Below, in pieces: positions 38,018 to 48,055 of a stretch of 64,000 bases of DNA. Below the pieces are notes generated by a model. That model ran no database searches. It was not told where the DNA came from and saw nothing but the letters and a program-made list of their open reading frames with translations. The position numbers and the translations under genes were made by a program. Origin of the DNA: Clostridia bacterium (GTDB lineage: Bacteria; Bacillota; Peptococcia; DRI-13; SM3-B62); contig JAHDSQ010000017.1 of the NCBI GenBank assembly GCA_018432615.1, positions 37,413-101,412 of the forward strand, given 5' to 3'. Numbering within the stretch: position 1 is the stretch's first letter; each line of letters begins with the position of its first letter.

Positions 38018-39002
38018 ATTTGTAATCGTTGGTGACCCACAGTTCCGTGGCGTGAATCCTATCGCCAGGAAAGATGATTTCCCTTCGGCCATCCTTGCTA
38101 AGATCGATGAAGTACATCAAATTGCCAAGCGTGTTAGTGCCGATGCTATTCTACAGCCGGGAGATCTCTTTGACAGTCCGATGGTGAGCTATAGTGTATT
38201 ACTGAGACTTATGGTTATGTTGCAGATGGCTCCTTGTCCGTGGATAACAATACCTGGGAACCATGATCTTTTTGGATCCAATGCAGATACTTATCCCCGG
38301 ACACCGATGGCGGTGCTGGAACAGGCCAAAGTAATCAATGTATTAAAAAACAATTCACTATATTTCCCTATCGATATGGAAACAGGGCATTTCACTAAAG
38401 ATGCTATCACTATTACTGGCCGTGGATTCGACTGGGAAATGGACGCTAACCATAGCACATATACTGCACCAGTAAATTCCGATATTCATATGGTCCATGG
38501 AATGTTAGTACAAGAACCCCTGCCGATTGCTGCGAAGCATACCCTTATCAAGGATGTGCAAACTCCAGCCCGTGTCACCATTTGCGGCCATGATCACCTG
38601 GGCTTCGGAATCATTCGCCGCCCGGACGGCAAGATATTCATCAACCCCGGAGCACTCTGTCGCGAAACGGCCCACACTGCAGAAATGGAACGGCAAGTCC
38701 AGGTAGCTATACTGGATATAACCAAGGATAAAGATGAATCCTGGTTGGAACCAATCACTTGCGCAAGACCGGCAGAAGAAGTCCTCTCTCGGGAGCATAT
38801 TGAAGCCCAGTCATTACGCAAGGAGCGAATGGACTATTTCCTGACCCTTTTGGGGCAAGAAAGCGAAAGCAAGTTCCTTGAGGTACGGGAAATCATTGAT
38901 GGCATAGCAAGCAAAGAAGCCTTGCCGGCAACGATCAAAGATGAAGCCATGAAACGGATTGCCGCGGCACGTGAAGAATTGGCAAGGAGGGGTGTCGCAT
39001 GA
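38010..39002 (+). CDS. Mre11/SbcD-like metallophosphoesterase nuclease
   Basis: GDPQ, GDLFD, PGNHD, VHG, CGHDH and NPGAL motifs. Confidence 0.88.
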   Translation: MARFVIVGDPQFRGVNPIARKDDFPSAILAKIDEVHQIAKRVSADAILQPGDLFDSPMVSYSVLLRLMVMLQMAPCPWITIPGNHDLFGSNADTYPRTPMAVLEQAKVINVLKNNSLYFPIDMETGHFTKDAITITGRGFDWEMDANHSTYTAPVNSDIHMVHGMLVQEPLPIAAKHTLIKDVQTPARVTICGHDHLGFGIIRRPDGKIFINPGALCRETAHTAEMERQVQVAILDITKDKDESWLEPITCARPAEEVLSREHIEAQSLRKERMDYFLTLLGQESESKFLEVREIIDGIASKEALPATIKDEAMKRIAAAREELARRGVA

Positions 39003-41209
39003 GTGTTCCGGCGAGAGCCATGAACGAAACGACAACCGAAACATTGAGAGGCGTTCTCATTCGACCCAGGTTCTATAATGCTGACAATGGCTTTGCAATC
39101 CTTTCGGTGGATCATAATGATGTAACAATAACCTGTAAGGGGTACCTGCCCAGCGTGCGGCCGGATGAAGAATATGAGTTCACCGGTGAATGGGTAAACG
39201 ACCCGAAGTGGGGAAGGCAATTCCAATTCACTAAGGCTGAGGTGCTTTTACCGAGCACAACAAATGGGGCAGTGCGGTACCTATCATCTATAGCCAAAGG
39301 GGTAGGCCCTGCAACCGCCAAGAAGATTATCGATGCTCTTGGCGGCGAAACTGCCTTGCAAAGTATCATAAGCAATCCAACTAAGCTATACTCCCTCCAA
39401 TTCCTCAAACAGTCCCAGGCTGATGATATTGTGGAATCTCTCATGCAAAACACCGTCCTGGCAGAGTTGTCATCTTTAATCTGCCGGGACGGTATCGGCC
39501 CGGGGACGGCCGCAAGGATTTATGCTAAGTACGGTCCGGAAGCTGTCAAGAAGGTCAAGGAAAATCCTTATATCATTACTGATGATGTTTTCGGGATAGG
39601 CTTCAAAAAAGCCGATGCGATTGCTCGGCAATTGGGTGTTGAACCAGACAGCCCATACCGCATAGAGGCGGCATATACATACATGCTACAAGAAGCAACT
39701 AACGAGGGACATGTCTTTCTGCGGCCCAATGACACTATCCGGAAGTTAAAAACCTTACTTGGGCCTGATTTTGGCAGTGATGAAAAAATTAGATTAATAG
39801 CTGAAGCTTGTCGGACACTACAATCCCGCGGCAAGGTGAAAAGGGAAAATTACTTAGACGAATTAACCGACAAAGAGCGCAGTGCTATATATGATACAGA
39901 ATTGTACGAAGCTGAAACAGAATTAGCCCGGAGAATAAAATATCTTTTGGCTGAAGATGAGCAGCCCTGGACAGGGATAGAGGACCGCATCACCGCCCAG
40001 GAAACTGATATGAAAATAGAGTATGCTGCGCAACAGAAAACGGCCATAGCCGTAGCTTTAAGAAATGCATTGTCGGTGATTACCGGCGGCCCCGGTACCG
40101 GTAAATCGACAGTAACAAAAGCTATATGTAATATCTACACAGAAACATATCCTCACCGGCCGATCTATTTAGCCAGCCCGACCGGCAAGGCCTCGAAACG
40201 GCTCGAAGAAGCCACCGGCAGAGAGGCTAAAACAATCCACCGGTTGCTCAGATACATTCCGGAGTGCGGATTCGAGTACAACGAGGACAACCCTCTCCCA
40301 GGGCCCGGGCTTTTGATTGTGGATGAGGTGTCAATGATGGATGTGCAGTTAGCTTGCAGCCTTTTTCGCGCCATCGATGTCGGTATGACGATCGTATTGG
40401 TTGGAGATGAGGACCAGTTGCCGAGTGTTGGTCCGGGGAAGGTTTTAGCCGATATCATCGCCTCCGGAGTAGTGCCGGTCGTGCGGTTGCAATTCAACTA
40501 TCGGCAAGCCGGTGGAAGCAAGATCGCCGAATATGCTCATTGGATAGTGACCGGACGGGTCCCTCCGTTAGTGCAAAAAGACGGTGATTATGAATGCTGT
40601 GTATGTGATGATCCGGAAGAGATCCGGAATAAGATTGCTGATATAGTCAACGATGCTTTGGCACAGGGTATGAGTATAATGGATTTCCAAGTGCTTGCCC
40701 CGATGAGACGTAACAGTATTGGTGTGCAAGCTCTGAATGAGATGGTGCGGGAAATTGCCAATCCCCCGGAGGAAGGTAAGCCGGAATACAAATACAACAA
40801 ATTCACTACTTACCGGCTTGGGGATAAAGTCATGGTAATCAAAAACGACTATCAGCTGGGCGTGTTCAATGGCGACATGGGCGTTGTTCGAGAAGTGCTT
40901 GATAATGGCATTGTTCTCGATATAGACGGGTGGGAGTATACATTCAACCACCGCGACATGGACAAGCTGATACATGCCTATGCGATCACGATCCACAAGA
41001 GCCAGGGTAGCGAATGGCCGTTAGCGATAGTGATTTGCCACACGCAAAGCTACATTATGCTGCAGCGTAACTTGATTTACACCGGAATAACGAGGGCCAA
41101 AAACCGGCTGGTGCTGTTGACCAACAATCGCGGTATAAAGCGAGCCGTGGAGAACGACAAACAAGCCGAAAGGCTGAGTTTGCTGAAAATGAGATTAAGG
41201 AGGAATTAA
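38999..41209 (+). CDS. RecD2-like SF1B helicase
   Basis: HhH GVGPATA/GIGFKKAD, GGPGTGKS, SPTGKAS, DEVSM, GDEDQLPSVG, YAITIHKSQGSE. Confidence 0.93.
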   Translation: MSVPARAMNETTTETLRGVLIRPRFYNADNGFAILSVDHNDVTITCKGYLPSVRPDEEYEFTGEWVNDPKWGRQFQFTKAEVLLPSTTNGAVRYLSSIAKGVGPATAKKIIDALGGETALQSIISNPTKLYSLQFLKQSQADDIVESLMQNTVLAELSSLICRDGIGPGTAARIYAKYGPEAVKKVKENPYIITDDVFGIGFKKADAIARQLGVEPDSPYRIEAAYTYMLQEATNEGHVFLRPNDTIRKLKTLLGPDFGSDEKIRLIAEACRTLQSRGKVKRENYLDELTDKERSAIYDTELYEAETELARRIKYLLAEDEQPWTGIEDRITAQETDMKIEYAAQQKTAIAVALRNALSVITGGPGTGKSTVTKAICNIYTETYPHRPIYLASPTGKASKRLEEATGREAKTIHRLLRYIPECGFEYNEDNPLPGPGLLIVDEVSMMDVQLACSLFRAIDVGMTIVLVGDEDQLPSVGPGKVLADIIASGVVPVVRLQFNYRQAGGSKIAEYAHWIVTGRVPPLVQKDGDYECCVCDDPEEIRNKIADIVNDALAQGMSIMDFQVLAPMRRNSIGVQALNEMVREIANPPEEGKPEYKYNKFTTYRLGDKVMVIKNDYQLGVFNGDMGVVREVLDNGIVLDIDGWEYTFNHRDMDKLIHAYAITIHKSQGSEWPLAIVICHTQSYIMLQRNLIYTGITRAKNRLVLLTNNRGIKRAVENDKQAERLSLLKMRLRRN

Positions 41210-41212
41210 CTA

Positions 41213-41752
41213 ATGGATACAAATTTTGAGGAGTCCAAACGTTTGTTTATACAAGCGGAAAGGATAGTAGCTGAATATAATGATAATTTTAGCCACTTAA
41301 TAGATCTGTTTGAAAAGAATTTAATAGGATTTTATTTCCGCAAAGATAATCCGAAATGGGCCGGAAAATGCAAAAAAACCACAGAATTTGAACGAGAAAT
41401 CACAGGGAAACTTATTTTTATCTTTGTTAATCAGAAATGGTGGAATGTAACGAATACAAAACAACATAAAGCTTTACTTGACCATGAGATGTCTCATATT
41501 GGCCGTAAAAATGATGAACCAGAGTACTGCAAGGAAATAGGAATTTTTAAACGCTGGAATCCAGCTGATAATCCATCATCCTGGTGTATCATCGAACACG
41601 ACATAGAAGAGTTTGCCGGTGTTGTGGAACGTCATGGGCTTTGGGAATTAGGAATAGAACGGATTGCTGATGCTTGCGCAATTCATGAAAGGCAAATGAC
41701 CATCAATGAACTTATTGATACTAAAGGAGCCAAAGTAGTTGCTATTTCCTAA
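41213..41752 (+). CDS. Putative phage metallopeptidase-like protein
   Basis: ALLDHEMSH (HExxH), HDIEEF..VV.RHG. Confidence 0.75.
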   Translation: MDTNFEESKRLFIQAERIVAEYNDNFSHLIDLFEKNLIGFYFRKDNPKWAGKCKKTTEFEREITGKLIFIFVNQKWWNVTNTKQHKALLDHEMSHIGRKNDEPEYCKEIGIFKRWNPADNPSSWCIIEHDIEEFAGVVERHGLWELGIERIADACAIHERQMTINELIDTKGAKVVAIS

Positions 41753-41782
41753 TCATGAAGCCCGGCAAAAGGTGGTGACAGC

Positions 41783-44674
41783 TTGAATACTCAAGACTTA
41801 GAACAAATCCTATCTCAGCTTGATAATATAAAATTCTTTGAGGCTAATGGTTTACGGCCCAAAAAGAAAACCGGCAAATCATGGCCATGCGAATGCCCTT
41901 TTTGCGGTGACAAGAAACACTTGAATTTTGACCCTAAAACAGGGCTTTGGCAGTGTTTTAAATGCAATGAATCAGGGAATGCCGTAAGTTTCTACGCGAA
42001 AAGGCACAACTGTACTAATGGAGATGCTGTCAAGGCCATAAAAGAGTTTATGGGCATTGTGGATGAGCCGCAGCCGTCAAGAAAAAATAACAAAGCTAAA
42101 AGCAAGACTAACTCCAAACAAAAAAAAGAGGATCCAAAGAACGTTGGTCCAGCCAAGCCTCAAATATATGACAGGCTCATCCAGCTAGCCCAGTTAACAC
42201 CGGAGCACCGCGAAGAGTTGCAGAAGAAACGCGGATTCAATGACAAGATCATTGACAGCCTCCGGTTCCGCTCCGGCGGAGACTACATGATCGGCGTTGT
42301 GCAGCAGATACAAGATGAATATGAGGAATCTGATTTAGTTTCAGCGGGGATCCTGGTGGACGTGAATGGTTCTACTATTATTAACGATCAACTGAAAGAT
42401 GGACGGATCCTTATCCCTTATCTTGACGCTGCCGGAAATTGTTATCACTTACGGCCGCACAAATTAGGCTTCAAGGATATTCCTCCGGAAGCATATTGCC
42501 GCTTGTTGCTGCGTAATAAACCTGAGCATGTTGTTATTACAGAGGGTGAGTTTAAAGCGGCCGCACTTTTGCAATGGGGCATCCCTGCTTTGGCTATTCC
42601 GGGTGTTTCCACTTTTGGCAAGCTCTATTTCGAGCGGTTTTTGCAATTCCTCAAGGAACATAACATCAAAAAAACGACGATCATTTTTGATTCCGAAGAG
42701 AAGGGCAATCCCGAATACCCTAACTATAAAGAAAAGGCCGAAGATCGTTACGATACGGAATATTGGTCGTATTTTATGGGATATCAACTCAGCAGACATG
42801 GAGTAAGCACAAAGATCGGATGGCTGCCGGCCGAATGGCGCGAAAACGGGAAGATTGATTTTGACGGTGCTCTGGCTCAAGGCCGAAGCAAAGAGGATAT
42901 TATCCAGGTGATCAGCAAGGCCAAAACACCTAAAGAGTACAAAAACTCGCTGGATGAGGAAGCTCATAAAATAGTTGAACGCAAGCTGGCCCGCTATTTT
43001 GCCAAGGAGAAGATCAAGCGTGATTTTAACAGATATATTGCCCTCCGGTTCACGAAGGACAAGTCTTGGGAGGAAACGATTAGTAATTTTGTTATAAATA
43101 TCAAGTCAAGTTTCTACACACCCTCCGGCGTGGTCAGGAACGTGGAACTTGTCAATCAGTACGGTGAAGCTTCAGAGACTTTTGTTTTGGAACCAGGATC
43201 CATGGCCGGCGTGAATGAGTTTAAAAAATTTTTACTCTCTAAAGGCAATTATCTCTTTTACGGCAAGGGCGATGATCTGACTAACATTTGGGAGTATGAG
43301 TTTCTGCGCGACACCGGAGAGCTGATCTGGATGCCGGAAAAAATCGGGAAGATCTCCGGAGATATATGGTTGTTTGGAAATATGGGGATCAAGGACGGTA
43401 AGTGTTACCCGCCGGATAATGACGGAATAATTTGGATTGACAAACGCGGGTACAAGCCTCAGTCGCTGCGTGTTGGGCCCGGAGGTGAGCCGTTAGAGGA
43501 TTCAATCCCGGCCCTGAGTATCCGGCATATAGACATCAAGGAAATTGCCTATAAGCTGAAACAAAGCATTGGCGGTTATGAGGCATATATGGGCATTGGT
43601 TGGGTTGTGGCTGCGATTTTTGCCGATGAGATTTTCCGGGTTTATAAATGTTCGCCTATCCTTTTCCCACATGGCAAACGGGAAAGCGGCAAATCAACCT
43701 TTATGCGTTGGTTGATGAATTTCTTCGGGATTGAAACGGAGGGAATCTCGGTCGGCCGGACAACAACACAAAACTTTGTGGCCCGGATCCTTTCCTATCG
43801 ATCATGTATCGGGGTTTGGTTTGATGAATACCGAAACGAACTCGGTGTCGTGGAAAAAGACGGGTTATTCCGCAGTGCATACAATCGGCAGGTATCAGGG
43901 AAAGGAACAGCTACGGCGTTTCAGGCAAAAGGATTTAGCGTCAACGCAGTGATGGCTATTAGTGGGGAAGAGCTGCCTAAGGATAACGGTCTATTTACAC
44001 GCTGTATCCCGTTGCAGATATCTTCCTACAAGAGAGACCGTACTTGGTACGACTGGTTGAACAAAAACTCAGTGCAGTTCTCGTCCTTTGCATATCATTT
44101 GTTGCTACATTATGAGGAATACAAAAAGAAGGTCCTGCAAAGTATTGCTGAGCTGAAACGTGCACTGATTAAGCTAGACGTTACTGATCGTACTGCTGAG
44201 AACTGGGCTATTTGTGCGGCTGCCTTTGAAGCTACGGTTATGGAAGACGATGGATTTATCCGATGGGTTGAAAAGAGCTGCCAGGAAATCAAACGCACCG
44301 GCGAAGAGGAACATATGCTTAACCAATTCTGGGAAGATGTAAACTATTTGGTGAGTAACAATGATGTCGGTTTTAAGCATATCAGGGTAAGTGGGGACAA
44401 GCTGTATGTTTGGTTAGCGGGGTTATATGAAACATGGGCCTTGCACTATAAGAAAAAAACAGGTAGAGAACCATTTGATAGACAGTCAATCATTAAATAC
44501 TTACAAGACGAGCCTTACTATATTACAGCAGAACCACGAAAAATGGGATCTGTTTCAAGAAAAGTCCATATTCTCGGTATTGAATCTGCCACGGATATTA
44601 TCAAGGAAATTTCTTGTGCACTGGATATCCAAACAGAAATTACCGAAAACTCATCAAAACTACCTGGCTATTAA
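41783..44674 (+). CDS. Primase-helicase (Zn finger + TOPRIM + P-loop)
   Basis: CPFCGD..H...WQCFKC, ITEGEFKA, IIFDS, DFD, Walker A GKRESGKST, WFDEY. Confidence 0.88.
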   Translation: MNTQDLEQILSQLDNIKFFEANGLRPKKKTGKSWPCECPFCGDKKHLNFDPKTGLWQCFKCNESGNAVSFYAKRHNCTNGDAVKAIKEFMGIVDEPQPSRKNNKAKSKTNSKQKKEDPKNVGPAKPQIYDRLIQLAQLTPEHREELQKKRGFNDKIIDSLRFRSGGDYMIGVVQQIQDEYEESDLVSAGILVDVNGSTIINDQLKDGRILIPYLDAAGNCYHLRPHKLGFKDIPPEAYCRLLLRNKPEHVVITEGEFKAAALLQWGIPALAIPGVSTFGKLYFERFLQFLKEHNIKKTTIIFDSEEKGNPEYPNYKEKAEDRYDTEYWSYFMGYQLSRHGVSTKIGWLPAEWRENGKIDFDGALAQGRSKEDIIQVISKAKTPKEYKNSLDEEAHKIVERKLARYFAKEKIKRDFNRYIALRFTKDKSWEETISNFVINIKSSFYTPSGVVRNVELVNQYGEASETFVLEPGSMAGVNEFKKFLLSKGNYLFYGKGDDLTNIWEYEFLRDTGELIWMPEKIGKISGDIWLFGNMGIKDGKCYPPDNDGIIWIDKRGYKPQSLRVGPGGEPLEDSIPALSIRHIDIKEIAYKLKQSIGGYEAYMGIGWVVAAIFADEIFRVYKCSPILFPHGKRESGKSTFMRWLMNFFGIETEGISVGRTTTQNFVARILSYRSCIGVWFDEYRNELGVVEKDGLFRSAYNRQVSGKGTATAFQAKGFSVNAVMAISGEELPKDNGLFTRCIPLQISSYKRDRTWYDWLNKNSVQFSSFAYHLLLHYEEYKKKVLQSIAELKRALIKLDVTDRTAENWAICAAAFEATVMEDDGFIRWVEKSCQEIKRTGEEEHMLNQFWEDVNYLVSNNDVGFKHIRVSGDKLYVWLAGLYETWALHYKKKTGREPFDRQSIIKYLQDEPYYITAEPRKMGSVSRKVHILGIESATDIIKEISCALDIQTEITENSSKLPGY

Positions 44675-44976
44675 CCAAAAGTAGTCGGAAAGTAGTTGCC
44701 CAGGTAGTCGGTTTAAAACATTAAGCGACAAGGGATTTGAAGGTTGCGACTACCTGACTACCTCACTTTCCCGGAAAAAATATTTTTCAAAAATACTTTT
44801 CATTATTTCAATAAGTTTTTCTTTATCTTTTAGCAGTCAACTAAAAAAATATATGCGTTTTCTAAAAACCCAGGTAGTCGAGGTAGTCGGATTCTCGTAA
44901 GCCTTGCAATAAAAGAATTATAGCGACTACCTGAGGAACTACCTAGCGACTACCTCAAAAGTAGTTCAGGTAGTCG
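44658..44976. repeat. Iteron-type replication origin: about 13 copies of (CAG)GTAGT(CG) in both orientations flanking an AT-rich core
   Basis: CAGGTAGTCG at 44701, 44871 and 44967; CGACTACCTG at 44747 and 44924; further variants; AT-rich 44775-44869. Confidence 0.8.
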
Positions 44977-44999
44977 CCAATAAAAAAGGGATGGTGAAA

Positions 45000-45434
45000 A
45001 TGGGAAGATACGATCAGCTATTAAGCAATAACACTCAGAAGGATCCCTTGCCAAAAAACAATACAGACCCTCGTCCCGATATAGTCCAAGATCATCGTTT
45101 ATGGCTCAAAATACTGGTTAACGCAAAAGAGTTGTTCAATGAATCCAACCTTTTTGAAGTTTTACACGGGATTCGCTGCGGCGGTGGAATGCTGGAAGAA
45201 ACGAAAAGAGCATTCAAACTGCATCCAGGAAATGAAGAGTGGGCGGATCCGCATGAGTGGACCAGGGTGAAACAAAAATGGCTCGACCCTGTGAAGGATG
45301 ATTTATTAAATCTTTTCCGATTATCGAAAATTGGACAAGTAACGGATCAGGAATTACCACCGGGTGTTTTCGAAGAAGAAGCCATAGAAACAAAAGAACG
45401 TAAGCAAGAGTGCTTATTTAAGGGAGGAGCTTAG
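45000..45434 (+). CDS. Hypothetical phage protein
   Basis: Open frame after the origin, coupled to the next gene. Confidence 0.7.
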   Translation: MGRYDQLLSNNTQKDPLPKNNTDPRPDIVQDHRLWLKILVNAKELFNESNLFEVLHGIRCGGGMLEETKRAFKLHPGNEEWADPHEWTRVKQKWLDPVKDDLLNLFRLSKIGQVTDQELPPGVFEEEAIETKERKQECLFKGGA

Positions 45435-45435
45435 G

Positions 45436-45810
45436 ATGAGTATAAACAGTAGAGATAAGGGTGCCCGGGGAGAACGTGAATTTGCTGCACTATGCCGGGC
45501 AGAAGGGTATGACGGCTGCCGGAGAGGTCAGCAGTATAACGGTATTGAAGGCGAAGATGTGGTTGGGTTGCCATACATGCATGTTGAAGTAAAAAGGGTT
45601 GAGAAACTCAATATTGATAAAGCTATGGCCCAATCTATGCAGGATTGTAGCGGGAAAATCCCGATTGTGGCACACCGAAAAGATAGGTGTTCTTGGCTCA
45701 TTACGATGAAGGCTGAAGATTGGTTTATGTTGTTCCGTGAATTTTGCTCAGGCGAAGTGTTGAAGGAGGTTGCCGCCAATGAAAAAACAAATAATCATCC
45801 CCAAGGGTAG
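45436..45810 (+). CDS. Putative Holliday junction resolvase (PD-(D/E)XK)
   Basis: SRDKGARGERE, D.VGLP..HVEVKR, PIVAHR. Confidence 0.75.
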   Translation: MSINSRDKGARGEREFAALCRAEGYDGCRRGQQYNGIEGEDVVGLPYMHVEVKRVEKLNIDKAMAQSMQDCSGKIPIVAHRKDRCSWLITMKAEDWFMLFREFCSGEVLKEVAANEKTNNHPQG

Positions 45811-45967
45811 CTCCCTTGAAGAGCTGGAAACCCAATTTAAAAATCCGCTTGTAGTGGTCAACATTAAGACCGGCGAAGTTGCGGTTAACCGAATACGGGA
45901 AGTATGGCAGCGGGAAGGGTGCACGGAGATTAGGCAAGGTGAAGAAAAATTAAGACGGAGTATGTAA
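45779..45967 (+). CDS. Hypothetical phage protein
   Basis: AAGGAGG RBS before ATG 45779. Confidence 0.55.
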   Translation: MKKQIIIPKGSSLEELETQFKNPLVVVNIKTGEVAVNRIREVWQREGCTEIRQGEEKLRRSM

Positions 45968-45994
45968 AAAATGCGTAACTAGGAGGTTTAAAAA

Positions 45995-46708
45995 TTGAAA
46001 CCCATTTATGAGCCGAAAGGCAGGGCGAAAGAGTACGGCGATTATGCGCTGAACATATACACTGGATGCCCGCACCGTTGTTATTACTGCTTTGCGCCGA
46101 GCGTCTTGCATAAAGACCGCGAAGCCTTCCATAGCAACGTGGAGCCAAGAAAAGGCATAGTAGAGGCAGTTAAACGGCAGTTGATATCTGAGAACATCAA
46201 AGAAAAATTGATTCATCTGTGCTTTACTTGCGACCCGTATCCAATAGGACACGACAGCGGTGTGACAAGGGAGATTATCAAGCTGATTAAAAACAGCGGG
46301 AACCACGTGCAAATACTTACCAAAAACGGCATAGGAGCACAAAGAGATTTTGATTTGCTGGATAACAAGGATTGGTTCGGCGTTACTTATGCGGGCTATA
46401 AAACAACCCCTGTCGTACCGCCTGAAGAAGAACAGAACGCAGGATGGCCAATTGATCGATTCCGGGCACTGGTGTTGGCAAAAAACAAGGGCGTAAACAC
46501 ATGGGTATCTTGCGAACCCGTCTTTGACGCAGAGGCCATTTATCGTCTGATTGAAAATGGCGCATATATTGACCTGTTTAAAATAGGGAAACTGAATTAC
46601 CATCCATCGGTGATAAACTGGGGTGCGTTCGGGCGGGAGTGTGAAAGACTGTGTAAAAAACATAACCGCCAGTATTACATCAAAGAGGATTTAAGGGCGA
46701 TGATATGA
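45995..46708 (+). CDS. Radical SAM protein (SPL-like phage family)
   Basis: ALNIYTGCPHRCYYCFA, DPYP, ILTK, WVSCEPV, KIGKLNY. Confidence 0.82.
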   Translation: MKPIYEPKGRAKEYGDYALNIYTGCPHRCYYCFAPSVLHKDREAFHSNVEPRKGIVEAVKRQLISENIKEKLIHLCFTCDPYPIGHDSGVTREIIKLIKNSGNHVQILTKNGIGAQRDFDLLDNKDWFGVTYAGYKTTPVVPPEEEQNAGWPIDRFRALVLAKNKGVNTWVSCEPVFDAEAIYRLIENGAYIDLFKIGKLNYHPSVINWGAFGRECERLCKKHNRQYYIKEDLRAMI

Positions 46709-46751
46709 CACAACACAAAATTATGTGAAGGAGTGAAAGGATGATGAATAA

Positions 46752-47015
46752 ATGAAAATTGAGATTGAAATTGATGAGAAATATATAGCCGAATTAGTAT
46801 CACAAGAAATTGCAATGCGCATTGTGGCAGAGCGTGGATATGAGGGTAGAGAAGCTAAAATAGGAATCAGAAACGGTGTAGATAAAGCAATAAAGAGTTA
46901 TATCTACTCGAAAAAAGATGAAGTAATCGAAAGGGTTGTCGGGAGAGCCTCAGCCGAGATGGTGAAAAAAGGATTGCCAAAGCTTTTAGACAGACTGGGG
47001 GAGATGAAGGAATGA
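46752..47015 (+). CDS. Hypothetical phage protein
   Basis: ORF in a co-oriented gene run. Confidence 0.65.
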   Translation: MKIEIEIDEKYIAELVSQEIAMRIVAERGYEGREAKIGIRNGVDKAIKSYIYSKKDEVIERVVGRASAEMVKKGLPKLLDRLGEMKE

Positions 47016-47350
47016 ATAAATATCAGCAAGCAATTGCCTATTTTGAAGATGCCGTAAGGGAATCGGATGAGATTATAGATGATTGTAGTCCAACCTTACA
47101 AGCAGAATTGATAGAGCAAAAAAATCATTTTGTTGTGGCTCTTGATGTCATGCGGGCAAGTCTCTGGATATCAGCATCTGAAAGGTTGCCCGAATATGGC
47201 GATACCGTACTTGCTTTTATAAAACACAATTACAACAACGATGGATGGAGAGCCTACAGAGTATATGAATACACGGATCATTGGGTAACGATGGGCAACT
47301 TATGTGAAGTTATTGCGTGGATGCCATTACCGGAAGCCCCAAAGGAGTGA
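47012..47350 (+). CDS. DUF551-like phage protein
   Basis: WIS.SERLPE...V.AWMPLPE.P. Confidence 0.75.
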   Translation: MNKYQQAIAYFEDAVRESDEIIDDCSPTLQAELIEQKNHFVVALDVMRASLWISASERLPEYGDTVLAFIKHNYNNDGWRAYRVYEYTDHWVTMGNLCEVIAWMPLPEAPKE

Positions 47351-47355
47351 AAATA

Positions 47356-47553
47356 ATGTGGAAAAAACTCAATGTGAAAGAAGTGGAAGTCTTTCTGCCT
47401 CATGACAACTATTGCAATAGCTGTCAGTTTAAGCAGTATATAAATCATCAAATAAAACACAAGTGTAACCTGTTTGGCGGACGAATTGAGCGAGACGGGG
47501 CCAATTTTATTCGATTAGAAATTTGTAAAAATGCGGAGGTACATGAAAGATGA
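47356..47553 (+). CDS. Small Cys-rich phage protein
   Basis: AAGGAG RBS; CNSC...CNLF...R...C. Confidence 0.6.
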   Translation: MWKKLNVKEVEVFLPHDNYCNSCQFKQYINHQIKHKCNLFGGRIERDGANFIRLEICKNAEVHER

Positions 47554-47984
47554 ATAGCATTAATTTTCGGGCCTGGTACCCAGAAAAACAAAAAATGTAT
47601 GAAGTGGCGAAAGTAGATATGTGGGGAGATCCAGACCAAGCTACTTGCGACTTAGCTGCCGTAGACGAAGAATTGTTTGATATCTATTTAAACGAAGTTG
47701 AAACGATGCAATATATCGGGGTTAAAGACAAACACGGTCGAGAAATATGTGAAGGGGATATTATCCAGACATATTTCAGCTTTGCACCAGGCGATGCTGG
47801 ATATGGGGTATCACAGAAACCATTTGTTGTGAAATGGGAACAAGGCAGGTCAAGCTTTAGAGCATACAAACCCAATACAGATGGTCTACATTTGCTTGAT
47901 ATTATAGATTTTTTTGAGATACAGAACGGGCTGTATGAGGTAATCGGGAACATCTATGAGAATCCTGAATTACTTAATCAGTAG
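47550..47984 (+). CDS. YopX family protein
   Basis: FRAW, MQYIG.KDK.G.EI.EGDI, EVIGNIYENPELL. Confidence 0.88.
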   Translation: MNSINFRAWYPEKQKMYEVAKVDMWGDPDQATCDLAAVDEELFDIYLNEVETMQYIGVKDKHGREICEGDIIQTYFSFAPGDAGYGVSQKPFVVKWEQGRSSFRAYKPNTDGLHLLDIIDFFEIQNGLYEVIGNIYENPELLNQ

Positions 47985-48055
47985 TTCATATTCCAAAATA
48001 AACGCGAAAAAATGAACATTATGTAAAAAATGCGAAGCACGAGAGAAGGTGAGAA

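Noticed and set aside
44658-44976. Repeat cluster read as a CRISPR array
   Set aside because: Repeats are 5-10 bp, in both orientations and irregularly spaced, with no cas genes; this fits iterons
32498-44976. Operator arms (ACTAC/GTAGT) share a 5-bp core with the origin iterons, suggesting repressor control of the origin
   Set aside because: Only 5-6 bp are shared, and the N9 dyad spacing is not reproduced in the origin; probably coincidence
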